A DNA stretch of 36,964 nucleotides from Candidatus Ratteibacteria bacterium (lineage in GTDB: Bacteria > Ratteibacteria > UBA8468 > B48-G9 > JAFGKM01). A program made the translations under genes and the position numbers. The notes beneath the pieces were generated by a model. The model saw nothing but the letters and a program-made list of their open reading frames with translations. It searched no databases and was not told the DNA's origin. The DNA lies in the NCBI GenBank assembly GCA_046296715.1, contig JBKBIN010000011.1:1-36964 (forward strand), read 5' to 3'. The stretch's first letter is position 1. Each line of letters opens with the position of its first letter. Positions 8,766-16,791 of this stretch are shown here, in pieces.

Positions 8766-9983
8766 TTAGAAAAGAGATTGGTCGCTAAAAGTATCTAATT
8801 CTACCTTTATTTCAACTTTTCCAAATTCTCCATCATAACCAGGTTTTATATTTACTTTGCCCTCTCTCACTTTTTTAATTCCTTCGCAAATTTTAGTTTC
8901 AATCCTCTTCTCAATTTCTTTTTCATTTGCTTCTAAAAGTATATAAAACTCTGGACCAACTTTATTTATAATTTCAAAATACATCTTTTGAACTATTTGA
9001 GAAGAAACTTCCTTATTCATTACACTTCCTATTATCTGGTCAAGAGGAACAATTTTTCTAAAAGGAACATATTTTTCTGGTTTCTCATTGGACTTTCTAT
9101 CTGCAAGTTCTTCTACCCTGTGCATTACTCCAATAGTTACCTTTCTATTACAAACAGGACAGATATAATTATTTTTTCTTGTTTGTTCAGGTGAAAAACA
9201 AATACCACAATTTCTGTGTCCATCATAATGATATTTACCTTCCTCAGGAAAGTATTCAATTGTCATCTTGAAATTTTTACTTTTTAGAATATTTATCAAT
9301 TGCTTAAAATCAAATTTATCAAAAAATATATTTGCTTCTCTGCCTATTTTTGAAGGAGAATGAGCATCTGAGTTTGAAATTAAAGAAAATCTATCAAGTT
9401 TTGAAAGTCGCCAATTCATCTCAGGATCACTGCTTAAACCTGTTTCAAGAGCAAATATCTCATCTGTAAGTTCTTCAAAACAATCTTCAATATCATCAAA
9501 ACCAGAATTAGACCCAAAAAGGGAAAAATGAGGTGTCCAGATATGAGCAGGAACTATAAAACTGAGTTCATCCACATCTTTTAATATTTTTAAAAGTTCT
9601 TTTGCTTCAAGTTGCAAAATAGGCCTTCCATCAGAATTTAAATCTCCATATCTTTCAACATTTTTATTAAATTTTTCAGCTTTTTCTAAGGAAGAAATAA
9701 AAATTATATTATGAATTTTTTTCGTAAGACCCTTTTTGTCAAAAATATTACATACTTCTCCAGTTAAAATAAAGTCAATTCCACCATAATTATAAATCCC
9801 TAATCTATCTGTCTCTTTTAAGTTTCTTTTTAATTCATAAAACCAATAAAAATGAGTAATATCTCCTGTACCAAGAAGATTTATTCCTTTATATTTTGCC
9901 CATTTTACAAGCCCATCAAGTTCCATATCTTTACTTGTTGCTCTACTATATTTTGAGTGAATATGAAAATCTGCAATATACAT
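8766..9983 (-). CDS. Endonuclease Q family protein (PHP domain plus Zn ribbon)
   Basis: ADFHIHSKYSRATS, GTGD, PAHIWTPHFS, ETGLSSD, SNSDAHS, EEGKYHYDGHRNC...CPVC and PGYDGEFG. Confidence 0.9.
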   Translation of the reverse strand: MYIADFHIHSKYSRATSKDMELDGLVKWAKYKGINLLGTGDITHFYWFYELKRNLKETDRLGIYNYGGIDFILTGEVCNIFDKKGLTKKIHNIIFISSLEKAEKFNKNVERYGDLNSDGRPILQLEAKELLKILKDVDELSFIVPAHIWTPHFSLFGSNSGFDDIEDCFEELTDEIFALETGLSSDPEMNWRLSKLDRFSLISNSDAHSPSKIGREANIFFDKFDFKQLINILKSKNFKMTIEYFPEEGKYHYDGHRNCGICFSPEQTRKNNYICPVCNRKVTIGVMHRVEELADRKSNEKPEKYVPFRKIVPLDQIIGSVMNKEVSSQIVQKMYFEIINKVGPEFYILLEANEKEIEKRIETKICEGIKKVREGKVNIKPGYDGEFGKVEIKVELDTFSDQSLF

Positions 9984-9985
9984 TT

Positions 9986-10474
9986 TTAAATTTCCTTTTT
10001 AAATTCTTTTTTTAAAATTTTTACAATCTCATTTAAAGATTGGGGAATAACTTTTGTATTTGAAATAACAGGCATAAAATTTGTATCTCCTTGCCATCTT
10101 GGAACTATATGAATATGCAAATGGTCTTCAATTCCAGCTCCAGAAACTTTTCCAAGATTTAATCCTATGTTAAATCCTTCTGGTTTTAAAATTTTTTTTA
10201 AAATTTTAACTGAAATTAAAATTAACTTACTAATTTCATTGATCTCTTGTTCTTTCAGTTCTTCAATGTCTTTTATATGTCTTAAAGGAGCAACCATTAT
10301 ATGACCATTGTTATAAGGATAGATATTCATTATTACAAAACTTAAATTCCCTTTGTAAACAACATATTTATTTTTCTTTGAATTAACACTATCACAAAGA
10401 AAACATTTATCTTTTTTAGTTTCAAGAATATACCCAATCCTCCAAGGTGCCCATATAATATCTTTTGACTTCAT
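9986..10474 (-). CDS. HIT family nucleotide hydrolase/phosphorylase (WAPWR, Ap4A phosphorylase-like subgroup)
   Basis: IWAPWRIGYI, CFLC, NIYPYNNGHIMVAP, GFNIGLNLG and HLHIHIVPRW. Confidence 0.9.
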   Translation of the reverse strand: MKSKDIIWAPWRIGYILETKKDKCFLCDSVNSKKNKYVVYKGNLSFVIMNIYPYNNGHIMVAPLRHIKDIEELKEQEINEISKLILISVKILKKILKPEGFNIGLNLGKVSGAGIEDHLHIHIVPRWQGDTNFMPVISNTKVIPQSLNEIVKILKKEFKKEI

Positions 10475-10480
10475 AGTAAA

Positions 10481-10509
10481 ATTTTAGACCATATTTTAAA
10501 AATTCTCAA
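10481..10509 (-). promoter_or_regulatory. sigma70-type promoter, probably leaderless, for HIT-endoQ-lpxB-like
   Basis: Minus strand TTGAGA (10509-10504), 17 nt spacer, TAAAAT (10486-10481), then 6 nt to the ATG at 10474. No SD. Confidence 0.65.
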
Positions 10510-10511
10510 TT

Positions 10512-11663
10512 TTAAATTTTACCAACTTTTTTGTATACTTCCAATGTCTTTTTTGCAGTATTTTCCCATGAAAATAATTTTGCTCTTTCTAATCCCCTTT
10601 TTGATAGTGTCTTTTTTAAATCTTCATTATTTAAAATAGATAAAATTGCCTCTGCTATTTCCTCTTTACTTTCAGGATTAACTAAAATACCAGCATCACC
10701 AACTACCTCTGGCATAGAAGAAATGTTAGATGTTACAACAGGCACTCCGCAACTCATTGCTTCAAGTATAGGTGAACCAAATCCTTCATATAAAGATGGA
10801 TAGACAAAAACTTCACATCCATTGTAAAAATAAGGTAAATCAGAAACAGGTACATAATCAGTTAAAATTATATCTTTTTTAATCTTTTCAGGAATTTCTC
10901 TCATTTTCCTATAAAAAATTTCTGATCTCCAACCAATTTTACCACATAAAACAAGTTTAATTTCAGAAGATTTTTCTTTTACAATAATAAATGCATCTAT
11001 CAATCTTGATATATTTTTTCTTGGTTCTATTGTTCCCACATAAAGTATATATTTCCCATCAATTCCATATTTCTTTTTAATATTTTCAATCTTTTCATAA
11101 TCACCAATCGGTTTACAAATTTCATGATGAAGTCCAGGATATATCACTGTAATTTTCTCTGGGTTAATTTTAAAGTAATTTAATAAATCGTTTTTTGTAT
11201 TATGGGAAACAGTAATAATCATATCTGCTTTTTTAACTGCCTTAGGGATAATGAATTTAAGAATACTGGTTTCTAATGGAAACCAGTTTAAATTTATTAA
11301 AGGTGTTAAGTCATGAATTGTTATTATTTGTTTAATACATAAACTTAAAGGAAGGGGTGTTGAAACATTTAAAATATGTATTAAATCAAACTTTCCATAT
11401 AAAAATTCAAAAGGAATGGTTTTCATTACAACATAACTCCAAAAAATATGAGGAAAAGGTCTAAAAGATATATAGAACTTTCTGAATTTGAAATATTTTT
11501 CAATTTCGTATTTCTTTGTAAATCTTTTTAGAGAACTACTATAAAGTACATAAATATTTTCTTTGTCAATTTTCATGATATTTTCAATAAGATTATATGT
11601 ATACCATCCAATCCCTGCTTTTTTGTTGCCTAATAAAGGTGTAACATCAATTCCTATTTTCAT
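10512..11663 (-). CDS. GT4 family glycosyltransferase (WbpY/MtfB mannosyltransferase-like)
   Basis: MKIGID start at ATG 11663 matches its paralogue. Motifs GIGWY, TIHDL, VGTIEPRKN, FVYPSLYEGFGSPILEAM and FSWENTA. Confidence 0.9.
   Translation of the reverse strand: MKIGIDVTPLLGNKKAGIGWYTYNLIENIMKIDKENIYVLYSSSLKRFTKKYEIEKYFKFRKFYISFRPFPHIFWSYVVMKTIPFEFLYGKFDLIHILNVSTPLPLSLCIKQIITIHDLTPLINLNWFPLETSILKFIIPKAVKKADMIITVSHNTKNDLLNYFKINPEKITVIYPGLHHEICKPIGDYEKIENIKKKYGIDGKYILYVGTIEPRKNISRLIDAFIIVKEKSSEIKLVLCGKIGWRSEIFYRKMREIPEKIKKDIILTDYVPVSDLPYFYNGCEVFVYPSLYEGFGSPILEAMSCGVPVVTSNISSMPEVVGDAGILVNPESKEEIAEAILSILNNEDLKKTLSKRGLERAKLFSWENTAKKTLEVYKKVGKI
10753..10793. repeat. 41-bp exact direct repeat, copy 1 (copy 2 at 11955-11995)
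   Basis: CTCATTGCTTCAAGTATAGGTGAACCAAATCCTTCATATAA is identical in both GT4 paralogues. Confidence 0.85.
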
Positions 11664-11719
11664 CTCTAAAAGAATTTTATCAAAAATTATATAAAAAAAT
11701 TCTTCAAAAATTAAGTGTT

Positions 11720-12859
11720 TCAAATTAATTCTTTATACACTTTGAGAGTTTGTTTTGCTGTATTTTCCCAAGTAAATAATTTAACCCTTTCAAAACCCTT
11801 TTTTACTAAATTTTCTCTTAATTCTCTATTTTCAACCAATTTTAATATTGCATTGGCAATATCATCTTCATCTTCAGGATTAATAAGTAAAGCAGCATCT
11901 CCAGCAACTTCAGGCATTGAAGAAACATTTGAAGTTATAATAGGGATACCACATCTCATTGCTTCAAGTATAGGTGAACCAAATCCTTCATATAATGAAG
12001 GATAAACAAAGATATCAGCATATTTATATAGAATGGATAAATCTTTTAAAGGGATATAATTTGTGACAATAATATCTCTTTTTATTTTGTCTTTTATTTC
12101 ACTCAATCTTTTATAAAATTCTTCCGCTTTCCACCCTGGTTTTCCACAAATAATCAGTTGATAATCATTTATTTTTTCTTTAATCTTTACAAATGCATTT
12201 AGTAATCTAATGTGGTTTTTCTTTGGTTCAATAGTGCCTACAGAAAGTATAAATCTCTTTTTTATTCCATATTTTAACTTAACTTCATCTATCGTAGATT
12301 TACTATAAGAATTTTGAAAAAAGTCATAAAGTCCCACATGAATTACCTCAACTTTATCTGGTTTAACATCTAAAAACTTAATTAGATCTTTTTTTGTAGA
12401 ATTAGAAACAGCAATTATTTTATCTGCTTTTTTAATAGCCCTTTTTGCAGCAAACTTATATGTTTCAACTTCAAATGGAGAAAACATTTCAGGAAAAATA
12501 AGATGAACTAAATCATGAAAAGTTATAACAAGTTTACCAGAAAGATGAAGACAATAATATGGATGAATTAAAATATGGATAATATCAAATTTTCCATGAA
12601 CAAATTCAATAGGGAAGAATAATAGAAAAGCAGAGGTCAAATTACCTGGAAGCATTTTGACATTTATATCAAAGTTTTCTGAATTGATTTCTCTTTTTAA
12701 AAGAAATTTATCTTTATATCTTCCTATTGAACAACCAAAAAGTAAATAGAAATTTTCTTTATCAATCTTTGCAAGATTTTTTACAAGATAATAAGTATAC
12801 CAACTAATCCCAGTTTTTCTTTTTTTTAAGAAAGGAGTTATGTCAATTCCTATTTTCAT
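11720..12859 (-). CDS. GT4 family glycosyltransferase (tandem paralogue)
   Basis: MKIGIDITP, TFHDL, VGTIEPKKN, FVYPSLYEGFGSPILEAM and FTWENTA. Confidence 0.9.
   Translation of the reverse strand: MKIGIDITPFLKKRKTGISWYTYYLVKNLAKIDKENFYLLFGCSIGRYKDKFLLKREINSENFDINVKMLPGNLTSAFLLFFPIEFVHGKFDIIHILIHPYYCLHLSGKLVITFHDLVHLIFPEMFSPFEVETYKFAAKRAIKKADKIIAVSNSTKKDLIKFLDVKPDKVEVIHVGLYDFFQNSYSKSTIDEVKLKYGIKKRFILSVGTIEPKKNHIRLLNAFVKIKEKINDYQLIICGKPGWKAEEFYKRLSEIKDKIKRDIIVTNYIPLKDLSILYKYADIFVYPSLYEGFGSPILEAMRCGIPIITSNVSSMPEVAGDAALLINPEDEDDIANAILKLVENRELRENLVKKGFERVKLFTWENTAKQTLKVYKELI
11955..11995. repeat. 41-bp exact direct repeat, copy 2
   Basis: Identical to 10753-10793. Encodes LYEGFGSPILEAM on the minus strand. 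Confidence 0.85.
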
Positions 12860-14264
12860 TTTCTAACTTATTTAAACTTTTAAGATTTTCTGCATTTTCA
12901 ATTATATATTTTCTCAAAACTCTTTTTCTGTTTGGAAGATGTTTCTCAATTACAAGATTTCCAATATATTCTTTTATTATTCCAACTTTTTTAGAAGGCG
13001 GTATTTTTAAAATCTCCATAATATCAAAACCATTTATGGCTAATTTAAAAGAGGAAATTTTATCTTTTCTGTTAATTTCTTTTACTCTGTTTTCCAATTT
13101 TTCCAGTCGTTCAAGTGCTTCTTTCACTTTTTTAGGATTTCTACTTGTTAAATCACTCTTTGCAAGAATAAACAACGCTTTCATATCTTTCCCTACTTCT
13201 TTTATAAATCTTCTTAAAGCACTATCAGTAGGATTTTCCTTAGCAAGTAAATGAGGTCTTAAATGAAATCTAATAAGTTTACCTATAAATTTTGTGTTTT
13301 CTTCACTGATTTTTAATCTTCTACAAACATTATAACTCATTTTCTCACCAACAAACTCATGTCTATGAAAGCTTACTTTTCCATTTTCTATTTTTAAAGT
13401 ATATGGTTTACCAATATCGTGAAGTAAACAAGCTAATCTTATATAAACATTTTTTGTAAATTTTGCACAATTATCAAGTGTTTTTAAGGTATGAGGAAAA
13501 AGTTCTTTACATGGATGGTTTGTTCTTTTTTCTTTTAGATTTGCAATTTCTGGAAGTATAATTTCAAGAAGGCCAATCTCATCCATTATTTTAAAACCTA
13601 TTGAAGGAGTTGAACATTCAAGTATTTTCATTATTTCATCAGCAATTCTTTCTTCACTTACAATTTTTATTCTATCCTTATTTTTTTTCATTCCATTTAA
13701 GGTATTTTCTTCAATTTTAAATTTAAATTTAGTTGCAAACCTAATCCCTCTTAAAATCCTTAAAGGATCGTCAAAAAAAGTTTTATCAGGATCTATTGGT
13801 GTTTTTATTATTTTTCTCTTTATATCTCCTCTACCATCAAAGGGATCTAAAATCTCTCCTGTAACTAAGTTTTGAGCGATAGAATTAATAGTAAAATCCC
13901 TTCTTTCAAGGTCTTGGTAAATTGTTGCCTTTTGAACAAATGGTTTTCTTGAATCTTCAGGATAACTTTCTTTTCTTGCAGTTGCAAATTCAAGTTTAAT
14001 GTCATTTATTTCAATCATAGCAGTTCCAAATCTTCCATAAAATACAGGTTGAGGCAAATTATTCTTTTTAGCAAATTCTTCAGCGATCTTAAGAGCATCT
14101 TGTTCCATAACAAAATCTATATCTTTATTTTTTCTTCTTAAAATTTTATCTCTTAAATAACCACCAACAAGATAAACATTAATCCCTTTTTCAATACAAA
14201 AATCTTTCATTTTTTCAATCATCTCTTCTGGTTTTGCCTTCTTTTTTTTATTTTTCAACTCCAT
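12843..14264 (-). CDS. cca: Class II tRNA nucleotidyltransferase (CCA-adding enzyme) with HD domain
   Basis: VGGYLRD..DIDF, ATARKESYPEDSRKP loop, DLERRDFTINS, DDPLRILRGIRF, SEERIADE and HT...LLHDIGKP. Start chosen at ATG 14264 because GAGG lies about 10 nt upstream; this start is uncertain. Confidence 0.85.
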   Translation of the reverse strand: MELKNKKKKAKPEEMIEKMKDFCIEKGINVYLVGGYLRDKILRRKNKDIDFVMEQDALKIAEEFAKKNNLPQPVFYGRFGTAMIEINDIKLEFATARKESYPEDSRKPFVQKATIYQDLERRDFTINSIAQNLVTGEILDPFDGRGDIKRKIIKTPIDPDKTFFDDPLRILRGIRFATKFKFKIEENTLNGMKKNKDRIKIVSEERIADEIMKILECSTPSIGFKIMDEIGLLEIILPEIANLKEKRTNHPCKELFPHTLKTLDNCAKFTKNVYIRLACLLHDIGKPYTLKIENGKVSFHRHEFVGEKMSYNVCRRLKISEENTKFIGKLIRFHLRPHLLAKENPTDSALRRFIKEVGKDMKALFILAKSDLTSRNPKKVKEALERLEKLENRVKEINRKDKISSFKLAINGFDIMEILKIPPSKKVGIIKEYIGNLVIEKHLPNRKRVLRKYIIENAENLKSLNKLENENRN

Positions 14265-14613
14265 AAATAATATCCTCACTCTCAAATAATTCAATATTAT
14301 ACCCTTTTAAAAGTTTTTTTAAATTCTTTTTCCCAATAGAATTTAATGGAACTATTAAGTTTTGAGATATCAAAAAATTTTTTCCAATTTTAACATATGC
14401 GCCATTTTTTCCACTTAAATAGATACCAATAAAACCTTTTTCATCTTTAAATAGGTAACCAATAGCAGGAATTTTAGTAAATTTGGAAAAATCACCATAA
14501 ACAGAACATACTCTTAACCTTCTAATTTTACCTATTTCATCCTTTAATCTTATGCTTTTAATTTCAACTTTTTTTTCACTGATTTCAAACTTACCCAGTT
14601 TTTTCCACAACAT
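14248..14613 (-). CDS. Hypothetical basic protein
   Basis: 121-aa ORF that fills the gap between MFS and cca, overlapping both ends in operon fashion. Composition is typical of this genome. No motif recognised. Confidence 0.65.
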   Translation of the reverse strand: MLWKKLGKFEISEKKVEIKSIRLKDEIGKIRRLRVCSVYGDFSKFTKIPAIGYLFKDEKGFIGIYLSGKNGAYVKIGKNFLISQNLIVPLNSIGKKNLKKLLKGYNIELFESEDIIYGVEK

Positions 14614-15757
14614 TTTCTCTCTTTATTTGAACAATTAGAAAAACAAAAGAAATTGTCTCTACAAAAATTATATAGAAGGGAATAAATTTAAAATAATTCT
14701 CATATAAAAATCCAATAATCCAACCGCCTATAAAAAAGGCAATTCCATATATAGAATTAAAAATACCATATGCAAAACCTCTTTTAGAAGTAGCCACAAT
14801 ATCTGCTATAGATGCCCTTAAAATTGTTTCATGACATCCCAAAACAGACCCAAAAATTATTACACCTATTATAGAAAAAAGGATATTGGAAGAAAAAGAA
14901 AAAAAAGGCAAGAAAATAGTAAGAAAAGGCACTATTATTAAAGATTTGAACTTAATTTTATCATAAAGATTTCCTATAAATAAAGCAACTATACCATCAA
15001 CTCCCATCGCAATAATGTAAAAAATTGGGATATTAGATAGAATTGTGATTTTTTTGAAACTTAAATGATATGCTATAAGTGGAAAAGTTAAAAGTCCTGA
15101 AACTGAAAAAAATACAAAAAGAAGATAAAAAATAAATTTATCAGTAATTTTATTTCTATTCCGAAACTCATCTTTCATGTCATTTTTTATATCCAAAGTA
15201 TAGTTTTTTTTAAGGAAAAAAAGTGTTAAAATGAGTAAAAGACAAGGTATCCACATTAAGTTAAAAGCAAAAGAATAATTCTTAAATTTTGAAAGAGATA
15301 GAAAAAAAACCAAAGGACCTAAAATACCTCCAATCTGGTCTAAAACTTCATGAATTCCAAAGCTTTTCCCATAACCAATATTTTGCCCTGCAATTGAAAT
15401 TAAGGTATCTCTGGAGGGTGTTCTTATTGCTTTGCCTATTCTTTCAAGTAAGATTAAAATTACAGCAATTTGCCAAGTTTTTGTAAAAGCAAGAAATGGC
15501 AAAGCGCATATTAAACAATAACCTATTATAGTAAATGTCCAGTATAATTTCTTTTTATCAGAAATATAACCAGAAATAATTCTCAAAAAATATGTTAAAA
15601 ATTCACCAAGACCTGAAAAAAAACCAATAATAACTGCACTTGCTCCAATTGAAGCAAGAAATGGACCGCTAATACTTCTTAATCCTTCGTAAACAATATC
15701 ACCAAATAAACTAACTAAACCAAAAAGAAAAATTATAACAATTGGTTTAAAATTCAT
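14591..15757 (-). CDS. MFS transporter
   Basis: About 12 hydrophobic segments. Motifs GLVSLFGDIVYEG, GYISDK, ERIGKAIRTPSRD, DQIGGILGP and RGFAYGIFN. Confidence 0.9.
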   Translation of the reverse strand: MNFKPIVIIFLFGLVSLFGDIVYEGLRSISGPFLASIGASAVIIGFFSGLGEFLTYFLRIISGYISDKKKLYWTFTIIGYCLICALPFLAFTKTWQIAVILILLERIGKAIRTPSRDTLISIAGQNIGYGKSFGIHEVLDQIGGILGPLVFFLSLSKFKNYSFAFNLMWIPCLLLILTLFFLKKNYTLDIKNDMKDEFRNRNKITDKFIFYLLFVFFSVSGLLTFPLIAYHLSFKKITILSNIPIFYIIAMGVDGIVALFIGNLYDKIKFKSLIIVPFLTIFLPFFSFSSNILFSIIGVIIFGSVLGCHETILRASIADIVATSKRGFAYGIFNSIYGIAFFIGGWIIGFLYENYFKFIPFYIIFVETISFVFLIVQIKRENVVEKTG

Positions 15758-15764
15758 AGATTTT

Positions 15765-15793
15765 AGTTTACCATTCTTGACATCTTAAAGCAA
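15765..15793 (-). promoter_or_regulatory. sigma70-type promoter, probably leaderless, for the MFS-cca-GT4 run
   Basis: Minus strand TTGCTT (15793-15788), 17 nt spacer ending TGG, TAAACT (15770-15765), then 7 nt to the ATG at 15757. No SD. Confidence 0.6.
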
Positions 15794-15805
15794 ATCTAAT
15801 AAAAT
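15777..15805 (+). promoter_or_regulatory. sigma70-type promoter for the nusA-infB operon
   Basis: TTGACA (15777-15782), 17 nt spacer, TAAAAT (15800-15805). SD GAGGTG at 15813-15818. Confidence 0.78.
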
Positions 15806-15823
15806 TAAATTAGAGGTGAAAAA

Positions 15824-16789
15824 ATGAAAAAAGAAATTATTTCTTTGTTGGAATATTGGGAAAAAGAAAGAGGTATAGAAAGAAACCATTTGATAGAATC
15901 CTTAGAGGATGGACTTTTGACTGTTTACAGAAAAAAAGCACAATTACCAAAACATATAAAAATTAAAATTAATCCTGAAACTGGAGATATAAAATTTATA
16001 GATGAAAATGGAAAAGAGATTCAACCTCCATCTTTTCCATGGGAAAGAATTGCAGCTCAAACTGCACGACATATTTTAATACAAAAAATAAAAGAAGCAG
16101 AAAAAAATACAATTTATAACGAATTTAAAAACCTTGAAGGTAGTATTGTAAGTGGAAGAGTTGAAAGATTTGAAAATGAAAACGTTATAATTGTTACAGG
16201 AAAAGCAGAAGGCATTTTACCACATCATCACAAACTTCCAAATGACCATTTTAAATTAGGAGATGCTATAAAATGTTATCTTTTAGAGGTTAGACCTCCT
16301 TCAAAAGGATTTTATCAATTAATATTTTCAAGAACACATCCAAATTTTGTAAAAAAATTACTTGAAAGTGAAATCCCTGAAATAAAAGAAGGAATTGTTG
16401 AAATAAAGGCGATTGCAAGATTCCCTGGAGATTTAACAAAAGTAGCAGTTGTTTCTAATGACGAAAAGATAGATCCTATTGGAACCTGTATAGGAGATAA
16501 GGCCTCAAGAATAAAAAATGTTGTTAAGGAATTAAAGGGTGAGAAAATAGAGGTAATATTGTGGGATGAAGATATAGAAAAATTTATAAAAAATTCACTT
16601 TCACCAGCAAAATCTAACGAAATTTATATAGATAAAGAAAAAAAAGAAGCAATTGTGATTGTTGATGATGACCAGCTTTTCCTTGCAATTGGCAAAAAAG
16701 GTCAAAATGTTCGCCTTGCATCTAAATTAACAGGTTGGAATATAAAAGTTTTCAAAGTTTCTGAATATAAAAAGGAACCAAATAATTAA
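15824..16789 (+). CDS. nusA: Transcription termination/antitermination factor NusA (short form)
   Basis: RIAAQTA, S1 domain, SRTHPNFV, EIPEI..G.VEI, KVAV, LSPA and AIGKKGQNVRLASKLTGWNI. Confidence 0.95.
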   Translation: MKKEIISLLEYWEKERGIERNHLIESLEDGLLTVYRKKAQLPKHIKIKINPETGDIKFIDENGKEIQPPSFPWERIAAQTARHILIQKIKEAEKNTIYNEFKNLEGSIVSGRVERFENENVIIVTGKAEGILPHHHKLPNDHFKLGDAIKCYLLEVRPPSKGFYQLIFSRTHPNFVKKLLESEIPEIKEGIVEIKAIARFPGDLTKVAVVSNDEKIDPIGTCIGDKASRIKNVVKELKGEKIEVILWDEDIEKFIKNSLSPAKSNEIYIDKEKKEAIVIVDDDQLFLAIGKKGQNVRLASKLTGWNIKVFKVSEYKKEPNN

Positions 16790-16791
16790 AA

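Noticed and set aside
11664..11723. Longer starts in the ORF track (11723, and likewise 1655, 2721, 14294, 26432, 36336)
   Set aside because: Downstream ATGs fit family N-termini and translational coupling better.
10531..12005. Two similar plus-strand ORFs (10531-10803 and 11715-12005)
   Set aside because: Their similarity only mirrors the duplicated GT4 C-termini on the opposite strand.
12843..14264. Poly(A) polymerase call
   Set aside because: It lacks the PAP-specific GRRF-type signature (reads YGRFGTA) and has the ExYxxxSRxP loop and HD domain of CCA-type enzymes.
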